A DNA stretch of 64,000 nucleotides. It comes from Takakia lepidozioides. Its lineage: Eukaryota > Plantae > Bryophyta. Under the pieces are notes generated by a model. The model saw only the letters and a list, made by a program, of their open reading frames with translations, was not told where the DNA came from and ran no database searches. This document shows, piece after piece, positions 1 to 13,169 of the stretch. Where the stretch lies: positions 66,526,001-66,590,000 of the forward strand of contig CM060733.1 of the NCBI GenBank assembly GCA_030704615.1, read 5' to 3'. The position numbers and the translations under genes were made by a program. Within the stretch, counting starts at the first letter, position 1. Every line of letters begins with the position of its first letter.

Positions 1-3000
1 AGGCAACGAGATGCTAAGGAGGTTTGGAGAGAGGAGGAGAAAAACAGACGACATGAAAGGGAGATGCTTCGTAGGCAAGACGAGGAGGAGGAGAGGCAGT
101 TGCAACAGCAGATACGGGAGGGGAAGGAAAGGAGGAGGAAGGACTTAAGACAAGTAATGCTTGTATTACACAATTCGGTTATGTGTAGTAGAGTCTTGAA
201 ATTTTGTCAATAAGTACGTTTTTTAGGTGTCCAATCAGGGATGATAAGTTGTAGCAGTGATATTTAGGAAATCTGGTGTGCGTCCTCCATTTTCATGCAG
301 CATTTTAGGCCTGGTATCTATTGCCATCAGTACGTATGTTCTGCATTGTTGTCCCAGAAACTCCAAAGCTTTCTGTTTCTTCTCCTTTCTCTCTCTGCGC
401 GAGGCCTTCACCCTTAGACAATCGCTAGAACATTAGTTCTTATTCTTGGGTTCTGGATTTGTTCTTCTCTCATGTTTTCTTCCATTTTGTCCCATAAGCT
501 CTATGAGCTTTCCGCGGACCTTATAAAGCACCATTTCATTTCATTTCATTTCTCTCTCTCTCTGTCTGTGCTTAGTATTTATACATTGGACATGAGGATG
601 TGTTACAACAGTCCTGCTTTGCCTTCACAAAAAGGTTCTCTATGATTACTGCTTGAACTACATGATTTCAAGCATTAATAATCCAAATGTATGTGGTGAC
701 AGGCTATCAATGATGAGAGGGCCTCTCATGAAGCCGAGAGGACTTTCATGCTCCAAATGTTTAGAAATGACTTGCAAGAAAAGGAAAACTATATGAAGGA
801 GACTGAGAGACGAGAAATGTTGCAACGGGTGGCAAACATATTAAAGACAGAAGAACTTATTTTGATGGAAGACATGAAGGAAAAGATGGTGAAGCGGGTG
901 AAAGAGACTGTGGATACCTTGGACAAGATTATGTTTGAGGAGGCATATCGGGCAGTGGTAGCGAGTATGAGAGAGAAAATGGATATGACGCGGAAAGAGA
1001 TAGGAGAAAAACTAGAGCGGGCAATGGAGTATGAGATGATTGAGCAACGACAAGACGTTTTGAAAGCAAAGAGGGAAGAGGTTGTGAAGCAAATGCAAGA
1101 AACCATACAAGCTGAGGTCAGTTGATTCACCTAGAAATGATTTCTCTTGCAGGGAGGAGGCCTGCATGAATCCTTATATTCGTTTCAGCTTAGCTAAGAC
1201 TAGCAGCACTAGGTGTAAGCAATGTTGACTTGAATTTTAATGATCTCTCTGTCTCATGAGTCTATGACATGCTGACTGGTGTGGCAGATATATTCTTCAG
1301 AAAATCTAAGATCGCTTTTGGGTAGTTGGCTAGCGTAGGTAGAGGTCAAGCTAGACCTAGGATCAGTTTCCAAGATATTTTGTCATCTTCTTGTCATTGA
1401 TGTTGCTATCTCATCCTTTGGGGTTCAACATTGGTGGCATGGTGTATGATGTGGGAACATGTCATATGTCATCTCGCAATGTGTGATCAAGATTATATCC
1501 GGGTTTGTCCTTCGTTTGCAATGAATTTACTATGGCAGAGCAGGGAGGCTACCACAATTTCTCATGAAATGCAGCAAATGCTCAGGGGTGGAGGGATCAA
1601 ATGGAGAAAGAGATCATGAAAGCCACATTACAAAAATTCACACGGCTACTGGAGGTCGAGCAGTTTGAAGTTAGAAAAATGATAAGGGAGGAAGTGATGC
1701 GGGTTGTAACAGATAAATTACTGAAAGACAGCTCAAAGGAGATAGAGTCTGCACGACAGCAACAGCTGGTAAGAATGCTTGAGAAACTGAAAGAAGAGGA
1801 GCCAATAGTTTGGACCACTTTTTTCAAAGATGTTGTGAGAAAACATAAGGTGCTACATGAAGGAGGTTGCCCAAAAGGACAGATCAGTCATGCTCAGGTT
1901 GATGAGGAGGGGAATCTTGCAGCAAGATTGATACACCTAGACTTGGGGGTCAACCAGGATGAAGGCACTTCCGTAAGTACGAGTGGACAAAAGGGGCCAC
2001 AAAAGGAAGAAAAGCAAGTGTCCATGGAGCTGTTGACTAGCCCCAAGGAATACGAGGAGGTTCAAAAGATAGTTACTGGGCATCTGGGGCAGCAAACGCA
2101 AAGAAGACTTCCCCACTGTATGGCTGTTTCCTCTTCCGCAGATTTAGAGCCAGACAAACGATCTAAGGAACAGATACAGGCTAATAGCTGGAGAGGTAAG
2201 GCAATGGCAATCACGGAAGGCCACCGAGTACATTGGCAAGACGGAGAAAAGCGGCCAATGAAAACTGGGCACAATGTTGATGAAATGGAATTCAACACTC
2301 AAGAATCTGAGCACAAATACTTCACCAGGGCCAAACTGGCAAGTGAGAGATTGCCGGAGAGGTGGTCACAGACAACACAGAGTGCACTGATGCCTGACAG
2401 AAAAAGTGAGAGGGACGTACGTTTAATCAGAGATTCACATAAAGTGAACCCAGAAATGCAGGAGCTCTGGAAGGAGTTCATGAAAAAGGAACCAGTTACA
2501 ATGACAGATAGGGAGCGGTTGTTAAATGATGAACCACTACTTCAGAAGTTGCACAGGGTGAGTCAAAATGCTGGTCTAGTAATGAGACAGTTTTCTTCAG
2601 ATTTGCTCCATCGAGGCAAAGCTTTTGTTATGTGCGTTGGAGGCTTTCCTCTGGCAAGGACTCAAAGAGCGAAAAATGAAGGTGTAGGGAACATCAGTTG
2701 GATACAGGAATGCCCATCATTGACAAGCTCATTAAAGAGGGCCATGTCCATGGAAGGAAAAAGGGGAAGAATACGAGAGCCCACTGTCACAAGTATGAAT
2801 GGGCATGGATTGTGCGTACAAGGTAATTGGATTTGACTTTTCAAAATCTCTAGAGGGCAGATAGGAGGATGATACGTGATAGAGATGCCCCATGTCATAC
2901 TTGAGTTGCTTGGCTTTTCCATTTTTTCCAGGAGATCAGGTTTTCCTGACGTTCACTTGTTAACATGGAGACATGTGTTTTTTGGTTTGGCATTGGCTTG

Positions 3001-4489
3001 AGGATCTGATGGTGCTGGATAGCCTATGTGTAGGATACAAATCTCTGTTAGCAACGATAATTGTCACATCTAGTATTGCATAGATACTGATTATGCCCCC
3101 AACAAGAAGCTCAAGGGTGCAAACCCAAAGTGGACTTGGACTTGGCCCTTGTCCTCTTCAGAACAGTTTTGGTACTTCATTTCTCTTTGAATAAAACTTG
3201 AGTCCAAGTGGCCACTACATCCTGTTTAGCTGTCTTTCCATTCTTATGAAGTATGGGTACTCTATGAATTGTCTGACCTGCCAACAAAATGCTCTCAAGT
3301 TCCCATCGAATAACGTGTCCTCCACTTTGACTGTACCCTTTTCCCTAGGACTATGAGACTAGGGGAAATAGACATCGGAAGGCAATGATCAAAGCTTGCA
3401 ACTCCAGGGGCCACAGGTACAGACAATGCCCGGTTGCTATTTGAGATAGAGCATGAGGAAGGAAAAACATTTAGGAGGAGCTTTCTAGACACGGCCGAGG
3501 AGAAGAAGAAAAAGAAGAAAAGAAGGCAGATGCAAGCCATGAGGTTGGCCTGGAGAGAAGGTTGGAATCACAATAGACTTCAGCAGAGTGACCTGGGTGG
3601 TGAAGTTGTGACATCAAGGTTGGACCTTCAGAGAACGGATGGTGGAAGCAGTGATATTAACAGTTGTAGCACTAGTGGAACTGTTCATGTAGATGTAGAT
3701 GATTCGAGAGGGATGGGGGGAAAGCCTGTACATAGAGATGGTGATTTGGGAAGAGCTTTGGCTGGCATACCCAACTCCATCCGTCCTGAAGAAGTGAAGG
3801 ACTTGATTGCTACAGAGTCTCTGCTGCATGTGACCCTAGTGCCTTTGCTGTTGGAGGGCAAAAAAGAGTTGTGCGGAAGTGTTGTCAAGGACTGTTCCGA
3901 AGTTGTTCCATACAAGTGGAGGGAGGGGAGTCCCATTGATGGTGAAAGATCTTTGCCTGAGATCAAACCAAATGATTGTATTCAATATTCTAGGTTTCAA
4001 AGTGATCCAGCTGAGAAGAAGTTGCTCTGTTGGGTGGCTCCAAGCCCCCCTGAAATGGAAGTCTTTGTTGCAGAAATGCCAGACTTTGTCACAATGGAAA
4101 TTTGTAGTAGACCATTGAAAGAGGAAAGCACTAAACCTTCGGAAATGATTTTAAACAGAATTTTTTTCTCAGAAGATAGTACAGAAACTTGCCATACAGG
4201 GAACATTTCATCTGCATCCGGTATTAACAAGGTTGGAATTAACAAGGCTAGCAATGAAAAGAGTATACCAGATGAGTTGGATCTGACCTCAACGGAAACC
4301 ACCAAAGGGCAGCAGGTTATCAGCAGTGGAGGAACGCTTACAAAGGATCTATTGTGCACTGGACATGAGACATTTGAGTGGTTGACGATTGGTGAGGTCA
4401 GACTCTCTCAGGTCAACGAAAGGAGGAAGTCAATTTTGGAAATGCACAAGGAATGGCAACAGGTGAAGTTCCACTTTACTGTTGAGTAG
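1..4489 (+). pseudogene. Multi-exon coiled-coil/low-complexity gene of unknown function, degenerate; 5' end lies outside the window
   Basis: Phase-compatible GT-AG splices: exon to 153 (CAA|GT), exon 703-1116 (AG|GCT...GAG|GT), exon from 1539 that needs a 1-nt shift to enter ORF 1601-2836; ORF 3434-4489 follows. E/K/R/M-rich heptad-like sequence; no recognised domain. Confidence 0.45.
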
Positions 4490-6683
4490 ACTAGTGCTTC
4501 TGTGAATGGTCAAACCATTGCCAAACTCATCAAATTGAACTCGTCAAATTGGCTCATTTTGCAGATGCAAACAGCAAATCACCATTTGGGAAGATCTGTA
4601 CTTCCAATTGAACTGACTTTGGCCAGTTATAGCATCAATGAAGTAAAACAGCAATGAATTCAAGAACAAAATATCCACCGGTAATGAGCTCTAATTTTAT
4701 TCTATATTCTGGTGCAACTTTGGGAGCAGTCTCCCAGACAAATTCACCAACAGATGAGGCAAAGAAGGGCAACGCTTTGCAAGAGGAGTCTCAAAGCAGA
4801 AATGGCCCCCAAAGTAATGATGGAAGGGATGCGGATGTCAGCACTGAAGGGAGTGGTTCTTCCTCTGGGTGTTCTAGTTCAGGATCCTCTTCGGTGAGTA
4901 GTCTTTCTTTTAATTTGGGTGTATCTCTTCGTTTCTCTTCTATGAGCCCCTGGGGCCCCCTGTGAATGTTATACAGTTCTTCCTTCCTTTGCACCTTGAA
5001 TGCACATCTCTATTGCAGGCGTTGGGACGCTTCAGGGTGGGATCCCACAGTCTGAGGATGAAGACGTGCAGATGGGAAAACTTGCAACATGCTCAATGTT
5101 CATGCCCTGTCTGTGCTAGGGAAGAGACAACAGATTGAACTGAGGAACATTTTTTCTCTCACTGTCCCAACTTGGAAAGAGGATGGGGGGTGCCATGCTG
5201 TACAGTTGGGCAGCTAGTCTGGATTTTCCCATGCAATCTTGAGCCCTGCTGAAAGTTGTCAGCACCCTTCTTGTCAGGATCCTGGAGCACATTGCTGCAA
5301 GGAATCCCCCAACATCTTGCCAAATTATGTTGCACCAGTATTTATCGTCTCTTAAGAAACTTCACTTGTTCAGTAGCTGTGATGCAGAACAGATGGATGA
5401 TGCACTTCCATATCTTTTTCATGTTAGATTTAGCAGGGTTACCAAGCTCTGTAGGGGAGTACTGGCTATTCCATGCAATTCCATGCAAATTCTTTTGTCA
5501 TACATGGGTAATTGCTGGAGGAAAGAGAGCAAGTTTTCTGGAGGCGCATTGCAGAAGGAGAGCTGTGCAAGTGAAATAGGGATATCCACGGTTTCCTTTT
5601 TTGTTCTAGTTGAAACGAGTTGAGTTTGCTCCCAACTTGTTTTCCCCCTTATTCCTGTATACCGTGTGCACTTGGATCTACAGAAGAATCTAGTGGTCTC
5701 CCTCCCTAGCAGAAAGCACTGGGGTGCCAAGAGTGTATGCCTAGCTGCAGACGCAGCTTTGGCAGGCCTCAGAGATGCAGTTTTATTCTTGAGTGCTTGT
5801 AGTCAGGAAGAAAGACGTCCTTTACCCAGACTCAATGATAATTATGCTAGGCGAAGCTTGAGACAGCAGCTGCTTGCTTGTGAGAATCTCTTGCTCAGTG
5901 TTACGGCAGCGTGTCGTGAGTTTTTGCAGCCCACTTTGGTGATTGCAAGCCAAATTATATCAACAGGCTCGTGTTGCTACTGCTGATGGGGAGAAAGACG
6001 AAACACTTGTGCAAGATTCCAGGATGAAACGGCCTCCTCCTTCCCATGCTGCTTGGTCGCCTCTTTCACCCAGAGTTATGGAACTGGTTGAGGCCATACT
6101 GGAGAGGTCTCTAGATCGATACTGACTAAACAGGTATAAGACCTGTTTCTTACGCCTCTCTTTCTCAAGTTGGCTGCGGAGATAGTGAGAAAATTTCATT
6201 CTGTTGACCTTTTCCATGCAGTCAGCATTTTAAAGCTGTATTGTCAGAGAGAGTCCTCCCCACCAAAGGCACCTTCGGCAGGGCCACAATCACATGCTCA
6301 ATTTTCCTGCTACCTCCCCAACCTCATCCATCCAAATGAAGACGATTCAGAATTGGTGAGGCAATATCATACTGAATGTGGCAGTGAGGTTCCCATAGAC
6401 CTGGTCATTGCGAAGGGCACCAAGGCTTCTTGAACTACAACTGCACATATATGGCACCATGAGGCTCTGGATTCTCTTTAGAGGACCGAGGGTGCTTCAC
6501 CTCCTCTGCCACGGGTCTCAGGGCCTCACTCTTTGTCTCTGCTATGGTAGCTGGCTGTTGTATGGTCGACCAGCTTGTATTGAAGTTATTTCATGATTGC
6601 AGCTCGGTACTATGAAAATGATAGATGTAGTTGTGTGTTGGTTTGCCAGGTTTCAAACTTATTTGCTTACACACTTAAGAGTC

Positions 6684-7794
6684 ATGGCGGACAAGAAAAG
6701 ACGAGGCTCTCCTATTCCTGACAGACAACCTCCACCTGATCCCAAAACAGGCCAATCTGCTCCGGCGAGCAGACAGGCATCCCCACCAGCAAAAGGAAAG
6801 GCTCGGGCTCATACACAGAGCCCTCAGAAGGACTCTCAGAAGCATAAGGGTATCCATTCAGAGAGGTTTGCTGATCCTGTGAGGACACAACTTTTTGAGA
6901 GGGGAGGGGATAATGTTACATGGTTGTCTAGGACTTCAACGATTTACGGGTTCTGTGGGGTACCCTTAATTTTGCGCAGACATGGCTCTGCTGCCATGAA
7001 CAGATATAGGTCAGCACAGGCCTTAAGGTGCAGCAGACACAGGCCCATGTAGGCAGCAGTCACAGGGTATCACAGGCAGGGGGTACGACAGCTGTGACCT
7101 CATAACTGTGCGGTCACAGCCCGTCACAGAGCCACACAGGTCACAGCTCGACACAGGTCACAGGGCACTTGTTACCACTGGCAGGGAACGGGAACGTGGG
7201 AACGCGGGAACGTCACCATCAAAGGGAACGACAGTATAGTACGTACTGTCATGAGACAGTTAGTTAGTTAGACGGTTAGAACAGCTTGCGGGTAGATTCT
7301 GCAGAGTAGCTATGGTGAAGGGCACTTCTTGATCGCATGGACTGGGGAGAACACGGAGGAGAGCAGGCGGAGGAGGAGACGATGGAGTGTAGCTTGATGC
7401 TTGCAAGCTGTAGAAATGTCATCGTAGTGTAGACTTAGTGATACGAAAGGCTTCGGCCTATCTTATGACACTGATATTAATGCAGATTCTTATCCCATAT
7501 TCACATGTGTAGAGAGACCAGAGAGAAGCTGTGGAATGCTTAGATAGAGGTAGAGCAATGAACTGGCAGGTTGTATAAGCAACCAGTAACATAACTTTAA
7601 ACATTAAAGGCTTGAGTCCCTCATCATGAATGTAATCAAAGTAGAGGGAAGAAGAACACCCCCATGATATACTAGCTGTACGTCATGACTGATTGTTCTG
7701 AGCAGGCTGAGTACTTAGAGATTTCCAGCTCTTCTATCTTGGAGTTCCCACCTCGGATAGCTTTAAGGGATGGGTGAGTAAAAGCCGCTCAACA
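6684..7794 (+). mobile_element. 3' end of a family G Gypsy element: tail of extension ORF, PPT and 3' LTR
   Basis: MADKKRRGSP matches the MAEKKRRGSP tail at ~44.1 kb. PPT GAGAGGGGAGGGGA at 6897-6910. LTR follows after TAA. Confidence 0.85.
6914..7794 (+). repeat. LTR of family G (~881 bp)
   Basis: TGTTA...AACA termini. Shares the GGGGTACCCTTAATTTTGC block, CACAG repeats and the U5 block (GAGTACTTAGAGATTTCC...GAGTAAAAGCCGC) with LTR 31904-32976. Confidence 0.88.
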
Positions 7795-7823
7795 ATTAAT
7801 GCCATAGGGTGGGAATGCTAGAT

Positions 7824-8340
7824 CGTGAGCAGTGCTCACGTGAGCGGAGGCTGCCTCAGGGTTTTTTACAAAAGGTACTGTACCTATTTCCATGGATGGC
7901 ACCTATAACCACTGGTGGGATTTCCCCGAAGGCATGCCAGTTGTCGGCTGGTCCGACATTTTATCAACGATTACATCACATGGTCGAAGATAAAATCAAT
8001 TACCGTAGCTATGGTGGGCTAGTAAATCTCCTCCTCTGAACAATCGGCATAGAGACCATTCCGCAAAGCGGAATCCTCAACCTCCCACCTGCTACAACCA
8101 TTTGGTTGATTACAAGTTGCGAGTTCACTTTCTGGTTCCCCATCACCTGCGCGGCCCTGCTTTCGTAGCAGCGTAGCTACGGCGTGAGCCCAGCCTCGTG
8201 AGCCTGGGAGCTGAGCTCACGTTGTAGTTGCAAAGCGTGAGCTGAGCTCACGCTTCAGGGAAGCGTGAGCGGCACAAATCTATTGGAGAAGCAGGTCCTA
8301 TAGGCGAGGATTGCAGGAAGAGGGCCTATTACCGTGGACA
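7824..8340. repeat. Cluster of CGTGAGC/GCTCACG motifs, likely DNA-transposon subterminal repeats
   Basis: Motif at ~7824-7846 and ~8183-8270, followed by CCTATTACCG(T)GG; the same arrangement occurs at 26757-26872. Confidence 0.45.
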
Positions 8341-8959
8341 AAACAAAAGGGACCACCATGCACCATGTCTGCGGCAGATTTGAGCTCAGAATGATTGACA
8401 CACTTTATTTCAATTCACAGATAGACGCTTACAATGAATGGCATGTGCAATTGTCTTGGTTCCGTGAACGAAATGTATGTGTTTGTCCTAAATGCAAAGT
8501 CTTCACACGATAACCTGGAAACCAGCAAGCACAGCAGTTGACAGTAATCCCATTGGAGGAGGTGGTGTCCTTGGTGCATGAATCTGATTGCATTGACAAT
8601 GAGTGGCATATAGAACACTTGTAATTATGTGCTGTGACGGTAAAAGAGACCAATTCATTCACCAAGCCACACTAGGCTACGGAGAAGTCATCACTCTTTT
8701 GCAGCGGGACACCTCGCGTAGGGCTCTGCCAGATTCTCTTTGAACACATACGAGCCATGCCTCCGCCCCGTCCCATCAGAAAATTGCGGTATCTGGTTTG
8801 TTGTATAGGTGCCCGCACCATGTCATCTGCAGTATGAATGATGTGAACAGGTTGGTTTCTCATTCTACATATTCCAGTTGTGGTTCCGTGGTTCTTTGGT
8901 TCCAGTCCTCTGTTGTCGGTTCTTGAATTTCATTCTGACTTTCACACATCATTCTACAG

Positions 8960-10053
8960 AGGGACGGAGACATCGCATGTGAAAACGGGTCTGGTTCACA
9001 CTCTGTACAGAATACAGAGGATCGGCCAGATGCCCTTGACCAACTTCAAGACCATCCTTTCAGCAGAGACGTACAAGAAGTGCAAAAGCTCCAAGACATC
9101 ATAAACATGGTATTCGTTGACCCGTGAGGCTTTCATGGAGTATATGTATGCGGTGAGATACATCTTCCATCATCTAGCCTTTGGATATTCCTGCTTCTAT
9201 ATCATTGTTTCTGTTTGTTTCCCTTGCCCTTGTGTTAATACATCTGTCGTGCATTCTCTTGCAGCAAGACATTGCAAATGCAGGACATCGTGGCAAACTA
9301 GAATACTATTGCTCTACCCCTGAAGAGAGAAGGACAGCAAAGGGGGTTGAGAGTCACATCAAGCAAGAGATGACCGCCACAAGAAATAATATTATGAGTA
9401 CTTTTGTGAAGCAGTTGAGAATTGTCGACCCATCCTTCGGACCACAGTTTCTTCAAGAGGTGAAAAACCATTTCAACAAGCCGGGCAAACCGGAGATGGC
9501 CCAGGAGAAGTTGCACAGGTTGTCTACCGCCGTTGTGTCTTCAGAACAGAAGGTGAAGTGGCTACTGATATGGAACTCCGATCCCACCGTTAGGGATACC
9601 CACATGCTCCCTAGGCCGGAGAAAGAGAAGAAGACCCAGCGTGTCATTCCTGTCAGTGACAATATGATGGACACATGGCTTCACAAAGCCACTTACTGGA
9701 GCCAGATATGATGTCTTTTCCTGTATCACTTTCATTTCGCTTTTCTGTCGTTCTTATTCCATGTTACAATGGCTGTGATTGATTTCTGGTTCATTCTTGC
9801 ATTCGAATTGTTTTTGCAGTTGGAGGAAAGGGCCCAGTCTGTTCTACATACGCAGCTGGCTGACTATGGCATCACCATGATAGCACCGAAGGTCTCCTTC
9901 CAACATCCATGCGGAAATGGAGAGCCACAGTGTGGCAATCTTGTTTCTTCAGGGAGTTCAACAAGGAGGGTGGCATCAGTCGAACAAATGAGCATGACCA
10001 GCAAGAGAAAGGAGATGAAGCCTGGAAACAATGCCTTTATAGGTACGAAATAG
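8960..10053 (+). pseudogene. Spliced ORF of unknown function, probably a TE accessory gene
   Basis: ORFs 9181-9711 and 9769-10053 each have a pyrimidine-rich TTGCAG acceptor before a protein-like segment (QDIANAGHRGKLEYY..., LEERAQSVLH...). No recognised domain. Confidence 0.35.
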
Positions 10054-10167
10054 ACTATGCTTCTTTGATTTGAAAAGACACACTCTCCTCCATCCAACCT
10101 GTTTTGTGCTGGCTCATATGAGTGTGCGGTGCCGCACACTCATTTGCTCTATCCGTGTGTAGTAACA

Positions 10168-12772
10168 TCAACGTGCACACCCTGTGCCCTTCAGGCTATT
10201 TTGTGTGCGGTGGTTGCAGTGTGCAGTGTCGCATACTCTTTGGTGGGTCTTCGTGATGTGGTAGAAAGTTGGGAACATAGTTTCATTGCATAATGAGGCT
10301 GTCTCTATGCCTGCAGGTACATAAAGTATGTTCTCATGGCAGAGAACTGCTTGGACAAACATCCTGATTCGTGACCTATGGCTAGTTCCTGGCTGGTCAA
10401 CCAGACCATGTTTACTGCGGGCTAAAGGGATCTGGCAGACTTGGGCCCCAGACCATCTTTCTGCCTTTGGTTGGTATTTGGATTGCCCTGTTTCTGAGAC
10501 CCCAGCGCAGGAGTGTCTTTGATGAGAGAATGAGCGTGTAGCAGCCCCGCCGCGGCTCCCGACCTCGAGATTCATGATATAAATTTGAGGACACTTGCAG
10601 GAAGCCTCCCGCTCAGGATCCATCCCAGGTAAAGGTGAAAGGCAAAGGGAAGGATGTTATTGTTGGTGTGGGGAAAGGAAGGGGTAGGGGGAAGGGAGCG
10701 CAAGGGCAGGTTGTTGGGCGGCGAAGGTTGCAGAAACTGGCCCTGCGGCGTATGTCCAGCAGACCAAAGAGACTCCACCTCTGGTAGGGATCCGGGAGAA
10801 AAGACAAAGGGGTTGGTTGATCCTAAGGACTCGTACCATGCAGTGGAGCATCCACGGGTCATTCGCCCAACCAGGCTGGAGATGGCCACGTCGGGTTCCT
10901 TGCCATGATGAGTCCAAGAAATCTGATTACAAGGGCGATCCATCACCAGTGTTGGGATATTGTGTAGTTCCTCACACGGTGCGTTTTGTCTTTTGCTTCT
11001 TTGTGTTTTGTGGGCATGGCTCGTTTCAATCCTCTTGAGCATTTCATTGCATGCTTGTTTGTAGGCTAAAATGACCAAATCCACGGGAAGGAGAAGCCAT
11101 ATGCAGCCGAACTCATCATCCTTGACATCCCTGATGGGTTGCCAGTCCCAGATGTCCCTCCAGCGGGTGCTTTTACAGATTGGAATGCTTTTTATGAGCG
11201 CTATTGGCGGTGGGTTTCTCCTTTTGCAATTTTTCGTTCTGTCCGATGCAGGTGTTTTGGTGCTCATCTAGTCCATCGACCTTCGCTGTCACACCGTGCA
11301 CTTGCCAGCTATTTGAAAGCCTCCGATATGAGGTCGTGTAAGACATGGAATTGTGTGAGAAACGCCGTAAAAATTGATCGCTAGTCGAATTTTTTAGAGT
11401 ACTTGCACATTGGCAATTATTGTGATGATTCACACATGCATCCACGTATGTTTTAATGCCTATCCTGTGATTTGTATTTTGCCGTCGCCGGCGCAATGCA
11501 GTCAGTTCGGCATAAAGCTTGATGTCGGCAATCGTACTGTGTTGCGCACCTTCGTGCCAAGTGTCCCCCGGAGTGTCAGTGTTTGTGTTGTGCTCTTCTA
11601 GCACGCACAATCAAATTGACTCGGGGTATCCTGTTTATTGGACTCGTGGGCCGATGCGTCTTTCCTATGCATGTTTCATATCTCATTTGCAGGTTTGCTT
11701 TTCCATACCAAACACAATACGGCTTCTTGTGGCTCTGTGTCTTTGAAGACAGTTTTTCTAGTTGGTGTGTCTCAGTGTGGCTGACTATGGAGTTTGGTGC
11801 AGACTGTTCGCCGTGCATGTCATTCTTCCAGAAGATTGTAAATCCCAAAATCCGTTGCATGCATCGCCCGCAGTCTTTTGGGACACTGCTACCCTTATTC
11901 ACCTCAGTTTGTTTGGGGTGGATCCCCTTTCGAGAATTACGGGCCTATCATTCGGGGGACCCTTTTTGGATCGCACTTTGGGTCAGTGTAGGAAAACATG
12001 TCAGTGAGGGGACAGACTCTCTCGATTTTTAATTCCATACATGTGAGGTCGTCTCCAGCCACTGACGGCGCACTGCAGATGACGATGGGTTTGTGCAGTT
12101 GTTCATGAGGATGAGCTGGTTACAACAGTGTTCCCCCTGGAATTGGGTTCTCTGCTTGTTCTAAAAGAGGTGTATGACGAGGATGAGAATTTGGATTCTG
12201 GGCATTTGCAGAAACCATTGGTTGGCGAGTGTGGAAGGAGGCGAAGAGTCTTTCCAGGCACATACCGGGTCCTTGGAAAAGAGAGAAGACAATCAGCAGG
12301 ATCAGTACTACCCCTGGCACTGCAACATCGGGTCGTGCAGCAGAAGGGCACATTCATGTGACACAAGAGGTGAGCACATCCCTACATTCATGACTCTTTC
12401 AGACTCGTCCTCGGAGGATGTTTCTGAGATTCTCCGCCAGTGCAGACTCCATTCTTGATGATGACGAATTGGCAGGAGATAACGAGTGTCATTCCGAAAT
12501 TGAAAGCCCGCCTGTCGTGTACTGGCAGCCGGCAAAGTACAACTGACATATCCCACAAGTAGACGGAATGGCAATTGAAGTGCCACCACTTACTTTTTTG
12601 GGTAATTGAAAGACGGAAAAAATGGATGAATTCCGTTCGCACATAATGATGACTCCCGCATCCAAATACGGTTAACAATGTCCAAATTGTATTTTGGATA
12701 CATGCCAAAGCAACCATTGGTGCAAACGTCAACTGAGAGCTCTAGAGGCACGTGGGGAGCGTTTGTTTCCAC
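10168..12772 (-). pseudogene. Degenerate Cys/His-rich gene fragments, possibly a KDZ-type transposase relic
   Basis: Overlapping broken minus-strand ORFs with Cys/His-rich segments (CTNGCFGMYPKY; YVDACVNHHNNCQC; FYHITKTHQRVC...KGTG). Resemblance to KDZ/CxC motifs is weak. Confidence 0.2.
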
Positions 12773-13169
12773 CGGAGGAAGAAGAGAAGGAAGTCGCTAT
12801 ACTTTACCAGCACTAGGAAGAGGAAGAGAGCCAGAGATAGAATGAGGTTGGAAAGAGTAGACAAAGAGGGAAAGGAGGAAGATGAGGGCAATGAGGAGAG
12901 GTTGGCGATGCAAGAGCAGGATTTTGGAGAGGAACAACAGCCCTCCATACTGCCGAGAATGGGTGAGGAGGAGACCACATCCGAGGGAGAGACGGACGCC
13001 GAAGAGGATGTTGATGGTGGCCTCATGAAGAAGAATATAGTGGAAATGAGGATGGCGGAGCTGCTCCAAAACATGCTCGGCGTAGACAGCAGTCCGAAGC
13101 GCAAAGGGTCTCCTGCGATTGGAGAGACATCCAACGCAGCCAAAAAAGGTACAAGTCTGTCCTAACAGC

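Noticed and set aside
12811-12817. CACTAGG as a CACTA terminus (also near 8670)
   Set aside because: No matching inverted end with a 3-bp TSD could be identified; a short word expected by chance.
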